Positions 26,311 to 40,767 of a stretch of DNA of 64,000 bases are shown here, in pieces. Origin of the DNA: Chrysomallon squamiferum (Eukaryota > Animalia > Mollusca); contig CM022674.1 of assembly GCA_012295275.1 (NCBI GenBank), forward strand, positions 13,020,001-13,084,000, written 5' to 3'. The first letter of the stretch is position 1, and every line of letters begins with the position of its first letter. The notes under the pieces were generated by a model that was given only the letters and a program-made list of their open reading frames with translations, searched no databases and was not told the DNA's origin. The position numbers and the translations under genes are program-made.

Positions 26311-26856
26311 TTTTATTGCTTATTGGTCGTTCAGTACATGAAACTCTGAATAACCTGTATTCATTGTTTGTATTGTCCAGCATATATAAAATAATAAACA
26401 TCGACGACCACAACAACTACGACAACAATGAAGCAGAATAATAAAAAAATAATAATAACAAAAATAAGAGATATTTTTTCTTTTGAAATGACATGAGATA
26501 AGAAAACTTGCGTTTCAATAATGACGTCATATTTCAGCATAATGACGTCACGTGATGTGTTACCATGACAGCTGACATGGATGATAGGTCTAGAGGGCAA
26601 AACATATAATATGACCTGTCCTTTGTTTTCACTAGGAAATAAACTCATGTAGAGAACATCATTAATTTCCAGGTTTGGCCACAGGCAAATCTGTGAGTGT
26701 TTTACATTCCGTGGAAATTTTCATTCTCAGCTTTTCTCTTTATTAATACAGTGGACTTGAATTAATAATAACAACATCAACAACAACAATAATGATGATG
26801 ATGATGAATAAAACGTTTACTGTTCGTCTGATTTTGTTGTTTTTGTTTCTACTGAA

Positions 26857-26942
<86 letters not shown>

Positions 26943-27429
26943 ACTGTCATTCTCTAATTTGTTTAACAGTTCTTTTCATTTTGCATTTCAAGAAGCATTG
27001 CGCCATCTAAATTTGTAAACGAAAAATAAAGAAATAAAATCGATCGAGAAAATAAATTTAACATGTAAAGCCGTTATCATTTTCGCGTAAATCTTTTTTT
27101 TTTTTAACCTCGTTTTTTTACATCATAGCAATTTTATATTTATTTTGTCATCTGTCCGGAATTTGTAAGTTCTTGTGTGAGAAAGAGAGAACGAAAGAAA
27201 AACAAATAAAATTATTTTGAAAATATAAACGTTTTTGAAACAGAAAAATATGTTATTTTAAATTCGATTACTGTAAACTATTTTTTATCACACGATTTTT
27301 TTCTTCTTTTTTTTTTTTTTTTTCCTTCTCTTTGCTGTCCTTCATTTTCTTTATTTTATTTCGTTTTTGTTTATTGCATTTATGACGGAATACTTTTCTA
27401 GTGTTCTTGTGGTTGTTTTGGTAGTAGCG

Positions 27430-27430
<1 letters not shown>

Positions 27431-27496
<66 letters not shown>

Positions 27497-27663
27497 ATAG
27501 TAGTAGTAGTAGTAGTACTAGCAGCAGCAACAGCAGGTTGTAGTTGTAGTAGTAGTAGTAGTTGTAGTAGTAGTAGTAGTAGAGTAGTAGTAGTAGTAGT
27601 AGTAATAGTAGTAATAGTAATAGTAGTAGTAGTAGTAGTAGTAGTAATAGTAGTAGTAGTAGT
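27431..27663. repeat. (TTA)n-(GTA)n microsatellite
   Basis: Directly visible. Confidence 0.95.
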
Positions 27664-28331
27664 GAAGGTAGTAATTGAAGGTTGTTATTGTTGTTTTATT
27701 ATATATTCCTTATTATATATTTGAGTTATTTTTTCATAATTCAACATTATGATTTATTAAACATATCTTTTATCAAAAAATTATTTTCTTATTTATTGAT
27801 TTGTTTATTTATGTATTTATTTATTTATTTGTTTACTGATTTCTGACAGTTTCTTTTCATTTCTTTTCTTCATTTTTCTTTCTTCTTACTGTTCTTTTCA
27901 TCATCTTTCTTTTCTTCTTCTTCCTTCCTTCCTTTTTTTCCCTTTCTTTCTTTCTTTCTCTTTAATCCTGGTTTTCATTTCTCATTTTACTTACTCGGCT
28001 GGCGTCGAAGAAAAATAACTTCAGACGAGATTTCCCGAGAATTAAATTCAACATGGCGTTTTCGGAAGATCTGGTTTCGCTCAAAACTGACAGAAAATAC
28101 GATTTCTTTTTTTTTTTTTTTTTTTTTTGTTCGAATCTGATTAAAGAGTTAAACACGACGTGGTCAACGTGTATGTAATGTCAGACCCGGCAACTCCGAA
28201 CTAAACAAATAACTTGACAGAGCCGGGACTCGCACGCAAACGTAATCCGGTTTGTTGAACGTTAATTAAGTCGGACTCGTTTCCGATATAGCGCGTTTTT
28301 GATTGCCTAGTAGTGTGATAAGTGTACGTGG

Positions 28332-28493
<162 letters not shown>

Positions 28494-30038
28494 TTAAATA
28501 TATGGGTGTGTAAATATTTGTAACAGAGGAAGAATTAATTTTATCTCGAATTCTCTTCGTACAGAATTTCCCGTTCCAGCCCCTCTTTCTTTCTTTCTTT
28601 CTTCATTCAGCTCATTCGTTCTGTTTATCTCTCCTGATAGCTTCCTTTTTATTTCCCTCTAAATTTGCCCAGATTTGCTTTTATTTATTTATCTTTCTCT
28701 CTATCTATCCGTCTGTCTGTCTCTCTATCTATCTGTCTGTCTGTCTGTCTATTTATATATATGCATCTATGTATCTATCTATCTATGTATACATATATCT
28801 ATCTATTTATCTATATATATATATATATATCTGTCTGTCAATCTGTCTGTCTATCTGTCTATGTATATATGCATCTATGTATCATTGTATCTATGTATCT
28901 ATATATCTATCTATTTACCTATATATCTATCTGTCTGTCTGTCTCTCTATCTGTCCATTTCTCTAACTCATCCACAGTTGGTCAGTATTTAGTAAATGAG
29001 GTAAGCACTGACACAAGAAATGAGACTGAGAACTACATAAAACAAGACAAGGAAGTCGTATAGATTTTCAAGATAATTAGTCATATTTTTCTCGAGGCTT
29101 GACAGAATTTTTATTATTTTTTTTTTTTTTATAAATATTCAAAAATGTATTTCTGTCTACTATATATATATATTTTTTAATATTTATATTATGTAAGTAG
29201 AGACATATTTGGAGATGAATAGAAACATAAGCATGCATAAACGCAAACACGTGCATATTTATATGTATACATCATCATTATCGACGTCATCATCTCTATA
29301 TTAACTCATATTTCCATAATAAATTTTTTGTGAACGAAAGCAGGTTTGTTTGCTTTTTATTTTTTGAGAAATAAAATATGAAAATCTCTCTGTGTGTTTC
29401 TGTATATGTGTGTATATATTTCTGTATCTTTTCTGTCTGTGTATATGAGTGTGTGTGCTGTGTCTATGTGTTGTCTCCCTCTGTATGTATGTGTGTGTTT
29501 ATAAAGCTGAGATGTTAACAGTCTATCAGTCTGTCTGTCTGTGTTTTGATTATGAGTCTAACACTTTGAGCTGAGACCTCTGGCTTGAACATCGCACAGA
29601 TCCTTGCTTGAGGCTTGAAGGAACACAGGATCAAAGCTCCTGGTTCTCCCCTAGGGCTAATGTTATAACGCACAGTGAACGTGGGTACATTTCGAAAGGC
29701 CGGCATTAGTCGCGAATGAGTAAAATGGCGATGATAAATTGTTTTTGTAACAGTATGTGTTTTAGTGTCATAATGTGTGATCAACGATGGTAAGGTGATC
29801 GAAATAACAATTTGGAAGAGTAAAGAATTTAATTCGAATTTTTCTCTTTAGCACCAATGTATACTTTAATAAAAAAAAAAAAAAAAGTTATGTACTAGCA
29901 TTGTGCGCCCAGACTGGCGTGCCTGAACCGTCATGGGTCTAAAAGCAAAACACAGAAACAATAGCCAGAAAGGAAAGGTAAAGTTCTAAAACCAAAGAGT
30001 AATAATAGAAAATAATGAATAAATATAATATAAATAAA

Positions 30039-30176
<138 letters not shown>

Positions 30177-30923
30177 GTTATTTGTTCGTGACAACCAATG
30201 CTGTATTTCTGAGGTTACGATTAACGACTCAAATCGATCCACTTGAAAAGCATATCAAATGACCACTGTCCGGAGAAGTCTAACAAACGCTGGCCATTGT
30301 CCGTCACGCGCGCTGACCAAACCAGATAGACAACAAACACTGCTGACCAAACTGACGACTTTACATGTTGACTGATCGAGACTAACATGTATCCGCACTT
30401 ATTGATCGAGACTAACATATCCATGTATTTACATACGATATACGTCACAGCTTGAAACACAGGAACACCTGAACAGACAACGTGACAATATATTTTATCA
30501 TTAATACGTCATTATGACGATGTTTTTCAAGTCTGCATCTATTTTATTGTAGCTGTTGTGATTACTGCTCATCCTGCTTTGTGTGACTGTTGAAAGATTT
30601 CCCGTTCTAAACCCGTGCTCAGTGACTAACTAAAAAAAATATGGTATGTGCTGTGCTTTCTTGTCTACTTCAAAATGCATGTAAAAGATTATTTACTCCA
30701 AAAATACATTCAGTGGATTTCACTTCATTATATTATATAATTATATCATTGCACATATACTGTGAATATTGTTACTTCAGAATATGTATGAGAAATATTA
30801 AATTTCTCTGCTAATTGCTAAACAATAATAAATATAAAACAAAGAATTCTAAAATGGAACACACTTCAAACTAGGATAATGAAATTTAAATTAAAAAAAA
30901 AAAAAAAAAAAAAAATAAGTTTT

Positions 30924-31012
30924 TCCCGCGAACCGGATTCGAACCAGTGACCTAAGGATAGCTTTGAATAAACCTCTACAGTCCTCCGCTCTACCAACTG
31001 AGCTATCACGGG
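30924..31012 (-). tRNA. trnY: tRNA-Tyr(GTA), intron-containing (copy 9)
   Basis: Exons identical to copy 1; intron variant AGGTTTATTCAAAGCT; long T-run terminator on the minus strand. Confidence 0.96.
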
Positions 31013-31456
31013 ATGGGAGTTTTACATCCAAATTAATCTAGAAATAAAAATATTTTTCACGCTCCAGTTAATTTACGATGACTAAGGTTGATATTAAAAA
31101 CGCGTGACGCAATGAAGATGCTAAAGGTCACGTGATCAACAAACACCGTAGGCGAAAGATAATCTAAATAGATTTCAATATTTACAAACACTTAATAAAA
31201 ATAAATAAATAAATAAATAAATAATAATAATAATATACAAAATATTTGTCTCAAAAACCTTTTATTTCAGTCATTTATGCGTACCGAAAATATATTTGTA
31301 CGTATGTAGTGAGTGTGTAGAGGTATGTATGTGTATATGTATGTGTATATGTATGTGTATATGTATGTGTATGTGTGTTTCTGTCAGTATGTTTTATATC
31401 TATCCTGTCCATTCGTACATCTGTCTGAATATTTATCTATTAATCTTTATGCCTGT

Positions 31457-31531
<75 letters not shown>

Positions 31532-31618
31532 ACACACAAACAAACACACACTCTTGTACATATCTGTCTCTCTCTCTCTCTCTCTCTCTTTCACACACAA
31601 ACACACATACTCTTGTCA

Positions 31619-31663
<45 letters not shown>

Positions 31664-32858
31664 TCTCTCACTGTCACTCACTTCATTTTCGTACACTACA
31701 ACAACACGAAGAACATCAATTAAACTGAAGATATTTCTCACAAACTGTTTGCTCTTCAGCCGCGCCGCGCTGTATACTCCCGCCAATCAATAACGCATCT
31801 ATTGGTATTCCAAACCACGACGCAGTTAATTCTGACCTGGTCGAATCGAACGCATCCCATCGAATCCAGTTCCACGGAGACTGCCGATTAGCTGTCGGCA
31901 CTTACCACTGTGGACGTGCGGAGCACGGATAAACCGCAGTCTTAATAGATCTTAATAGACGCAGACACGGCAATATTGTATGGCGTTCATCCACTGGTCC
32001 TAGCCGTTTGCGACTAATAATTCTATTCAGTGCTCGTGTCTTTTCATAATGGCTGTCTCGCGTTAATGCGCTGTGTTATACCAGTGTGGTAATAACACGT
32101 TCACTTTATGGTACCAAAGAAGGTCTGGCAAAAACCCTTAACGTCCGCACCGATGTAAGAAAGACTAAGATGGATGGGGCTGTTGAAGATGGATTTGACC
32201 TGTCAATGAAATCAGAGTGATGGGGGGATGTTGAGACAGATGAAGAATTTATGTGTGAAAGAGTGACACACGGACCGACAGATAGACCGACAGATAGACG
32301 AATATGTAAAACATAAAATAAACACTTTATTCGATTTAAATATATATCAACCAAATATATTAAGTTCTTTTCTCTGATTGGACGCCCCCCCCCCATTTTA
32401 AATGCAGGGACCCCCACCTTCGGCTCCCCCTTCTGTACGCCACTGAGACAGAAACGTAGTCCTGTTGTTACTCCTGTATCTATGACTGCGACAACAAATC
32501 CTAATGCTACTACTATTACAACAACAACTACTTCTACTACTACTACTATTACGACAAGAAATATACTATGGTAAATTCTGCTACTTTTGCTGCAACAATA
32601 TTAATAAAACTACGACAACTACTATTACTATTGTTCATCGAGCAGTAATAACTCTACGGCATCTATTACTACGTTTACTTCTACAAATATTAATGATACT
32701 GCAACTACAGTTTTTACTACAACAAACATTAATGATACTACTGTAAGTACTATTACTATTGTTACTTCAACAAATACCAGTGCACTACTTTTATTGCTTT
32801 TAATACTAATGATATATCTACAACTACTACTACTACTGCTGCTATCCCTACACAGTCA

Positions 32859-32964
<106 letters not shown>

Positions 32965-33479
32965 AATGACGTTATTGACATACAGAACAGTTCAGTTCAG
33001 AATTTTAATTATTTTACATCTTTTCCGCTCACACCTTATTTAATAGGTGAATGGCGAGTGCAAGTTCCTTCTGGCGTATAACTAAAAATATTTTAAAAAT
33101 CTATTAATAACGATTACGTATCAAGATAGCCATAAAATGAAACACTCCACTTCACGTTTCAAACGATGCATTGTCGAAACCGCGGCAGAACTGATGGCCG
33201 ATGAATATAATTCGCGGTTGCATAAATATGTAAATGGGCCATTAATTTTTATATTACTCGTAACAAACGAGCGAGTAATATCTGCAGAATCTTAGAAAGA
33301 AAGTAATAAATTTCTCAGATTAACGGCCCGTTGATGGCTCGAATTGCGTGCATCTTTGACAATTTATTTCGATGTCCATGCTTTCTACATATAAATCTCT
33401 GAAAAAAAAAAAAAAAAAAACGAGAATCATTAAATTAATGACCACAGCGACAACCAACCAACCAACCAACCAACTGTTT

Positions 33480-33894
33480 GGCGGGAATGCGTTTGATTAA
33501 GGGTCACGTGGTATGCCGAGGTCGCGCGCGCGCGCGCCGATCATGCGCAGTCGGACGCGCTGGCCCCCCCACCCCCCACCACCCCCGATTCACAAGCAGA
33601 CGAAATTAAGCGAAAAAGACATTCATCATGTGTGTAGGCTTATTGCATTTCGAAGATAACAGGCGCAAAATTCGTTGAACAAATGTGATAATCGGACGAG
33701 AAAACATTAATAAGCGCGCCGGGACCCGGTCGATTCACTGTGTCATTTTCATCAAATCTGGTCAAAAATTAATGCACTGTTGTTTTGATTCGTTGCCGAA
33801 CTTGTTGACTTTAAACTGATCAACACGCGCTAAATCATCGACTTGATTGTCTTCGGTGTCATTCGCGCAAAGACAACGTCTGCGCATGCGCAGA
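33480..33894. promoter_or_regulatory. CpG-rich promoter/enhancer-like block
   Basis: GTCACGTGG, (CG)7 at 33523-33536, and an NRF1-type palindrome TCTGCGCATGCGCAGA at 33879-33894. Confidence 0.4.
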
Positions 33895-34453
33895 TTAAAA
33901 AAAAAAGAAATAAAAAGAAATAAAAAGTAATATGCAAAGAATAAACGCGTTAGGAAAAAATAACATTAATTACTTGGCGCAAATACAGAACAGTTTAATC
34001 TGAAAAGAAAAGTTATCAAAACAGTTAAGTATTCGAAAACTGACTCAGTCTGCCGAATAATTTGTTCCTAAAAAAAAAAAGTCTCAAAATGTAAATTATC
34101 ATAATTATTATTATTTTTTTATTATTATTATTATTTTTTTAATGCTGGCACCATATTGCTTTTCTAAGTTATAGCAATAATCTGATTCTGCAACTTAAAT
34201 TTGAACACGAAACAGATATTTATTATATAACACCTAGGAAAAATAGCATAATAATGTTGTCACATTAAACTAAATATTTTTGCGGTTATTACTAGTGAAC
34301 TTTTAATCTTGGTTTTAGGAAGGAGGGTGTGGAAAATCTTATGGGAGACAAGGAATAAAACGAAGAGGGAAACAGAAAGAAAGAAAGAGACAGGAAAGAG
34401 TACAAACAAAAAGTTAGAAAGAGAAAGAGAAAGCCAAGACAGAATGAGAAATT

Positions 34454-34526
<73 letters not shown>

Positions 34527-34708
34527 CGAGAGAGAGAGAAGACTAAGGAAAGGAATGAGAAGGGATGAAGAAAAAGAGACACAGAAGGACGAAGACAGAG
34601 CAAGAGATATTAAAAATAGAAAGAACGGAAAAAAGAGAGAAAGAGGGACATACAGATAGATTTGTAGAATTCTTGTCTCTCACTCTCTTTCTCGATCTCC
34701 TGAGTCTT

Positions 34709-34765
34709 TGGGGCACACAATGAAGGCGTTGTCCCCGGGCATCACCAGACCTCTGCACGCCACTG
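34709..34765 (-). mobile_element. Possible solo terminus of a non-autonomous DNA transposon (hAT-like CAGTGGCG end)
   Basis: GC-rich island ending CCCCGGGCATCACCAGACCTCTGCACGCCACTG. Related CAGTGGCG ends occur at 32438-32445 (minus) and 4540-4547 (plus). No partner end or target-site duplication seen; resemblance is from memory. Confidence 0.4.
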
Positions 34766-35199
34766 TCTGTCTTTGCTGTAGTGATAATGTCAGAAGTTTC
34801 TTATTGTTTAATATCTGATGTTATGATTTCTGCAAAGTTACACCTTTGTTTATGCATCGAATGTTTATATATTCAGATCAGCAGCAGTATTAGTAACAAG
34901 GACTCAAATACACAAACAACAACATCATCACCACAGACGTCATGCACAGACGTATCAACTGGCGCCTGAGAAATGGCAGCGAAGTATTGCATAAAATTTA
35001 TCTTTACTAATATCCACAACATATCCGTGTAAATGATATACGTGACAAATTATCATTGTGAAAAATCTAACAGTCTCGTCTACCTGTGACAGTTTAAGTC
35101 ATAATGCTGAGACCAGGTCTTTGGTTTTGAGTCTTTGTTGAAATCCAGTGAGTGAAACGTTTTTTTTTTCAGATCCCTATCTCAAACCACGGTAAAGCA

Positions 35200-35530
35200 G
35201 CGTAATGAAATATCGCGAGAAAAAGCGCTATCTGGGTCGCGCACGCGCACTGGTGATCTAACGTCGATCTGCAGGTTAGATGTTCCGAGCGAGCGGGAAG
35301 TGAGACAAGTGGTTTTGATGCTATCTACGTCAGTGTTTTGTGTCGTCTGATTATGACGCGCGTGACTGGGCGCAGTGCCAAGCTGTGATCAGTTACGTCA
35401 TCACTTTGCTGTTGCAGACGACAGTATCGCGTTGTGGTTTGTTAAGCTGCAGTTATCTTTTGAAAATGTATCGAAATTTTCCTTAAAACCGGCGAAGATC
35501 GCGTCGGACGATTGCGTAACAGAATCTCGT
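35200..35530. promoter_or_regulatory. CpG-rich promoter-like block
   Basis: TCGCGAGA, GCGCACGCGCA, GCGGGAAGTG (E2F/ETS-like), CRE half sites and a TCAGTT Inr-like word near 35389; no downstream gene identified. Confidence 0.35.
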
Positions 35531-35822
35531 GTAAAAAACGATACATTTGTGTTATCGTTTGAAAGCGTATTAAAATTTAAAAAATCAGTTTTCTTTTGAA
35601 AACATATGTCGGCGCAGTTGGCTCGGGTCGTTAGGGTTAACAAGTCCAGCTGAAAGGAATATTTTTGTAAACAACTAATAAAATATCTCAGGGAAAAAAT
35701 ACAACAACGTATATATGAAGCATACACGTTCACACATACACATATACACATACACATACTTATTATGTATACATACAAATGCATATATACATACAGAATT
35801 CGCACCTTTTCAGGTACATACG

Positions 35823-35951
<129 letters not shown>

Positions 35952-36009
35952 AATACAAACACACACGCATACAAGAAAATACATTATCTTATGAAGCCAT
36001 ATTTTAAAC

Positions 36010-36077
36010 CATGAAATATACATTGATCGTGAATTATACATGAAATATACATTGATCGTGAATTATACATGAAATAT
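36010..36077. repeat. 29-bp tandem duplication
   Basis: CATGAAATATACATTGATCGTGAATTATA twice plus a partial third copy. Confidence 0.9.
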
Positions 36078-36979
36078 TATTGATTTATACCTGAATTACT
36101 TGTTTTTACTTGTTATTTATTTATATCTCTATTACCTGCACAACAAAACTGTTCTGTTTCATTTTACCACGGTTGGTTTCATCATTATATATTAATTTAG
36201 TGATACAGATTAAAAATAATAATCAACATGTTAAATAAATATCTAAGTAAACTGAAAACGTTATTCATTTCTAAACTATAACCTAAATTAATGTTATTAA
36301 TATAATCAGTAATATTTATTTATTTTTATTACATTATTTTAGTTTTCTGTTTTCTTTCTTCTCTTTTTCTTCTTCTTTATTTTTTTATTTTATTTTATTA
36401 TTATTTTTTTTTTTTTTTTGGCTCTTTCTCGTTCTGTATTTGTGTATCTAGATCTACTAATTTAGTAATGTACATTTTCATTTTTTTTTGTTTTTTTTGC
36501 AGTTGTTTCTGTAATTAAGCTTAAATACATACATCCATACAAACATATATATATATATATGTATGTATGGTTACGCATGTACATACATATATACACACTC
36601 ATACATATATGTGCATACACTGACACAAAAAAAAGAAAGGTATACATTTTTCTATAATAATATTATCTACGACAACATCAATATAACAATAACAACAATA
36701 TTAGTAGTAATGACAATAACAACAACAGTAACAACAGCTGAATAATAATTAAAAAAAGATTAATAATTGATGAAAAAAAAAAAAGTAAAACAGCAACGAA
36801 CTAAACATTAACTTTCAGTTAAACAGCTGAAACCTTTAACGAAAATAAAGGGAAAAAAAAAAAAAAATTCCTGTTAAAAGTGCCAAGACGCTGATGTGTG
36901 TACAACGTCTTTTCACAATGAATTTCAAATTAAAAGTCGTCAATGGGGAGCGAACTCGAGATAAACCAGAGCGTAACCG

Positions 36980-37120
36980 CAGCGCCATCTGGTGTAGAAC
37001 AGATGTGGGTGAAAAAAAAAACACACATAAAGCTACGTAATGACATTCCCAGATCGGCGGAAATTAAACTGTTATTTAATCCATTGTCGACAACAATCGG
37101 ATTCCCACTAGGTGGCGCTG
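36980..37120. promoter_or_regulatory. Divergent pair of CTCF-like sites
   Basis: Minus strand ACACCAGATGGCGCTG (36980-36995, one mismatch) and plus strand CCACTAGGTGGCGCTG (37105-37120, full core match). Confidence 0.6.
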
Positions 37121-37390
37121 CAATCGGAGAAGTTTACGTTAACCGGATACCTTTCATCCGTGCCGCTTTTTACCTCGTTCGCTTTCAAGTTGGAGACGTG
37201 ATCGTCTGTCCGTCTGTAGACCGTGACGTAAAGCATGTTCATAATTAACTCTTTTCTTCTTATTTTTTTATTTTATTTTTATTTTTTTATTTTTATTTTT
37301 TTTTTTTTTTTTTTTTTCACAGCCAGATAGAGCGGCACTTTACAACAATAGGAATAAGTATGTTTTATGTCGGTTTTATGTCTTAGAAAG

Positions 37391-37480
37391 TAACAATAAT
37401 AATAATAATATCTGATGATAATAAAAAGTAATAATGATAATGATAATTATAAACACAATAGCAATAACAATACCATTACC

Positions 37481-37539
<59 letters not shown>

Positions 37540-37673
37540 GAATAATAATAATAACAAGAATAAGAATAATAAGAAGAAGACGATGAAGAAGAATATGATC
37601 ATAATAGTAAAAAGTAATAATGATAATGATAATTATAATAACAGTAGCAATAACAATACTATTACCAATAATA

Positions 37674-37719
<46 letters not shown>

Positions 37720-37757
37720 TCTGATAATAATAAAAAGTAATAATCATAATGATAATA
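37391..37757. repeat. Low-complexity AAT-rich region with internal duplication
   Basis: AAAAGTAATAATGATAATGATAATTATAA-like block occurs three times among (AAT)n runs. Confidence 0.75.
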
Positions 37758-38009
37758 CCTATAAAATGATGATGATAATGACGACAACGATATCCATGAT
37801 GATGATGACGATAATAATAATGATGATGATTTTTTGCAAAGAGTGACAGAGACAAAGAACAAATAAAAACTAATCCTGCACATGATTAAATCCAACAGCG
37901 GGGTTTCTTAGAGCGAATTTAAAAGAAAGAAAGAAAAAAAAAAAAAACCAGGTGAATTACAATTTTCAGACATTAAAATGTCGAAAGATCATTCCATTAA
38001 AGCAATGAC

Positions 38010-38046
<37 letters not shown>

Positions 38047-38799
38047 AAAAAAGAAATAATTATAAAAAAAAATAATAACATTGTTAAACAGACTAAATTG
38101 GGTTTACTCCCGTCTTTTCAAACGTCATCGACTGGAGGTCAGGGCGGTGCGCGCGCAGCGTGTGACGTATGACGACTTCTGCTTTCCAGCAGACGTCTCG
38201 CGCTCATTGCCCATTGTAATCCGCCGGCTCTGCCGATCGTTCGGCTGGTTCCGGATCACGTGTTCCGCTCAACGGCCGCCATTGTCGTCTGACACTTTTG
38301 AATCAGCGCGCGACGCACGGCTGGTTCGAGCCAATTTGAGGACAATCGTCGTACAAATTGAAGTGGATGTAAGGTATTTTAAAGAGGGCTGAACGCTCGG
38401 CGAGAAATCTTAATTATCAACTTGTCTACCTTCACTGAATAACACGCCTGGTGGGACGTCCCGTTCTCCCAAACAAGTTACGCTGAACTGACCTGTCAAA
38501 GCTCTTTTACCTTAATAGTGTGTTTCTTAAATAATAATAAAAAAAAATAATAATAAAGTGTTTTCACATAACAACACTCTCATCACTGAAATAAATAAAC
38601 TAAAAAAAAAAATAATAATAATAATATTTTTTTTTTTTAAACTACTTTTCCTGAAATATAGTATTGGAGGATCTTTGAAATTATAAAACGATTTGGTTCG
38701 TTGCGTTTACGAGTATCTTCACACAGGTTTACGTCAAAGTGTGTATGACTCAGTGATATAATCAGTGCAGATCACGTGAACCTGTTGCAGAATGCCATA

Positions 38800-39412
38800 T
38801 TACATGGTTCTACGTGAGATTGTGCTCACAGTGAGATCATAATAAGATTGATAGTGAGAAAGTTGACAGTGATATAATTGATAGTGAGATAGTATTACAG
38901 TATGTGAGAAGCGTTCAAACTGATATGATATGGCTGATACGTAGTGAGAACGGAACACTGATAGTGAGATCGTATAGTTGATAGTGAGATAGTATGGCTG
39001 CGTGTGCGTGGTAACGTTGACAATGAAATCGTATTGCTGATAGTGAGATATAATGTTTTGTATGTGAGAATCTGTAATTGATAGCCAGATAGTTCTGTCA
39101 ACAGTGAGACTGTATGATTTGCATGTGACAGAATATTTTTCATAGTGAGACAGTATGGCTGACAGAAGAGTATGGTGATGTAATTTTGTATGATCGTCTT
39201 GTTGACATGCAACTGTTGTAAAACAGAACATGGTTGATAGTGAGGTTGTATTGATATCTGATAGCAGAACAGAATAAGTGATAGTGAAATCAAACATATT
39301 GATGACGTCGTATGGTTGACAGTGAGGTTGTGCTCGTTGCTGTAAGCTGACAGACAAATTGTGTTGTTGTCAGTGAAACTGTATGGTTAATAGTAAGATT
39401 GTGGTTGACGCT
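38800..39412. repeat. Old degenerate minisatellite, unit about 20 bp (GTATGGTTGATAGTGAGAT-like)
   Basis: Recurrent TGATAGTGAGAT / TGACAGTGAG words; clearest adjacent units GATAGTGAGATCGTATAGTT|GATAGTGAGATAGTATGGCT near 38960-38999. Confidence 0.75.
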
Positions 39413-39837
39413 GTTTGGTAAAAATGAATAGAGACATAGAGAGAAAGGGGAAAGAAGTCTGAGGCAAAGAGGGAGACGGAGAGAGGGAGGGGGAGAGAGA
39501 GGGACGGCGGGAGAGAGAGAAAGAGAGAGAGAGACTGTTTGAGTATTTAGATGAATGATGCATAGCAAACTTTATTTCAGTATTTATACGTTTAAACGAA
39601 TTCTAACAGGTTTTTGAATCACTAAATAATAATTAAGTATTTGTCTGTAAAGGCCGTTAAATATAAATCTTTTTAAAATGTTGTTTATTACGAAATAAAC
39701 AATCTAATTTAACTGAAATCAGTTTAATAAGTATTCGAAACCATCGTAAAATCGTTGCCAAAAAATTTATTTAAACCATTATTGCTGAATATATCCTTTC
39801 AATTTTGGAATTTCTTTCGTCTATTCATTTCAAACTT

Positions 39838-39873
<36 letters not shown>

Positions 39874-40691
39874 CTTTTTCTTTGTTTTCTTTATCTTTCC
39901 CTCTTCGTGTAAATGATCTTTTATAACCTACCTACCATGGAACACTTCAGCTGGCATCCTGGCTAAATTAGATTTCCAAACTATAAAATGTTTTTTAATT
40001 GTCGCTTCTGGCGTAATCTATTTACGGCTTGTGTTAACCTCGGTGTGAATACAAAACACGTAATTACGGGAGGTTCCCGGTGCAAGAGGAATTCGGAAGA
40101 AGAATGCGCCATACAAAAACAAGCTTCAGCTTTTTTTTAACTTCAGTTTGCTCAGCGATCTGCCTCAGCGACGTCGTGGACAAGAAAGAATGCCGTCGTC
40201 TTTGTGAATGGGAGGCGAGGAATGCTCATCAAGTTGTTTCAAAGTTTCGTTTCGTTACTCCCAGCCGTGTCGTAACAGCGGCGTAACATGCTAGCGGGGG
40301 GGAGGGCTTGGTTCGTCGAGCGGGCCGCGTACCAGTGGATTAACAGCGCACGCGCGAGGCACTTCCGCCAATAAAACAGTTTCGAATTAATTCGTCGACA
40401 ACCCGTGACTGCCGGAAATGTGAACAAAGTGATAAAAACACGTGCATTCTGCAGTCTCTCTTAGCTGGGGGATGTTTTAAAGGAATCTAATAAAAAGGTT
40501 TTGCTTGTAAATCTGTTATTCAGTTTAATATAGCTGTTTATTTATTATTTCCTTTGTTGCTCCGAGTTTCGTATTCTTTCCTCTCTCTCTTCTTTCTCTC
40601 TCTCTGTGTCTCTCTCTTCTCTCCATCCCCGTATCTTTCTCCTGTCTGTGTGAGTCTATCTCTCATCATCCCTTCTCATTCCTTTACGCTT

Positions 40692-40767
<76 letters not shown>

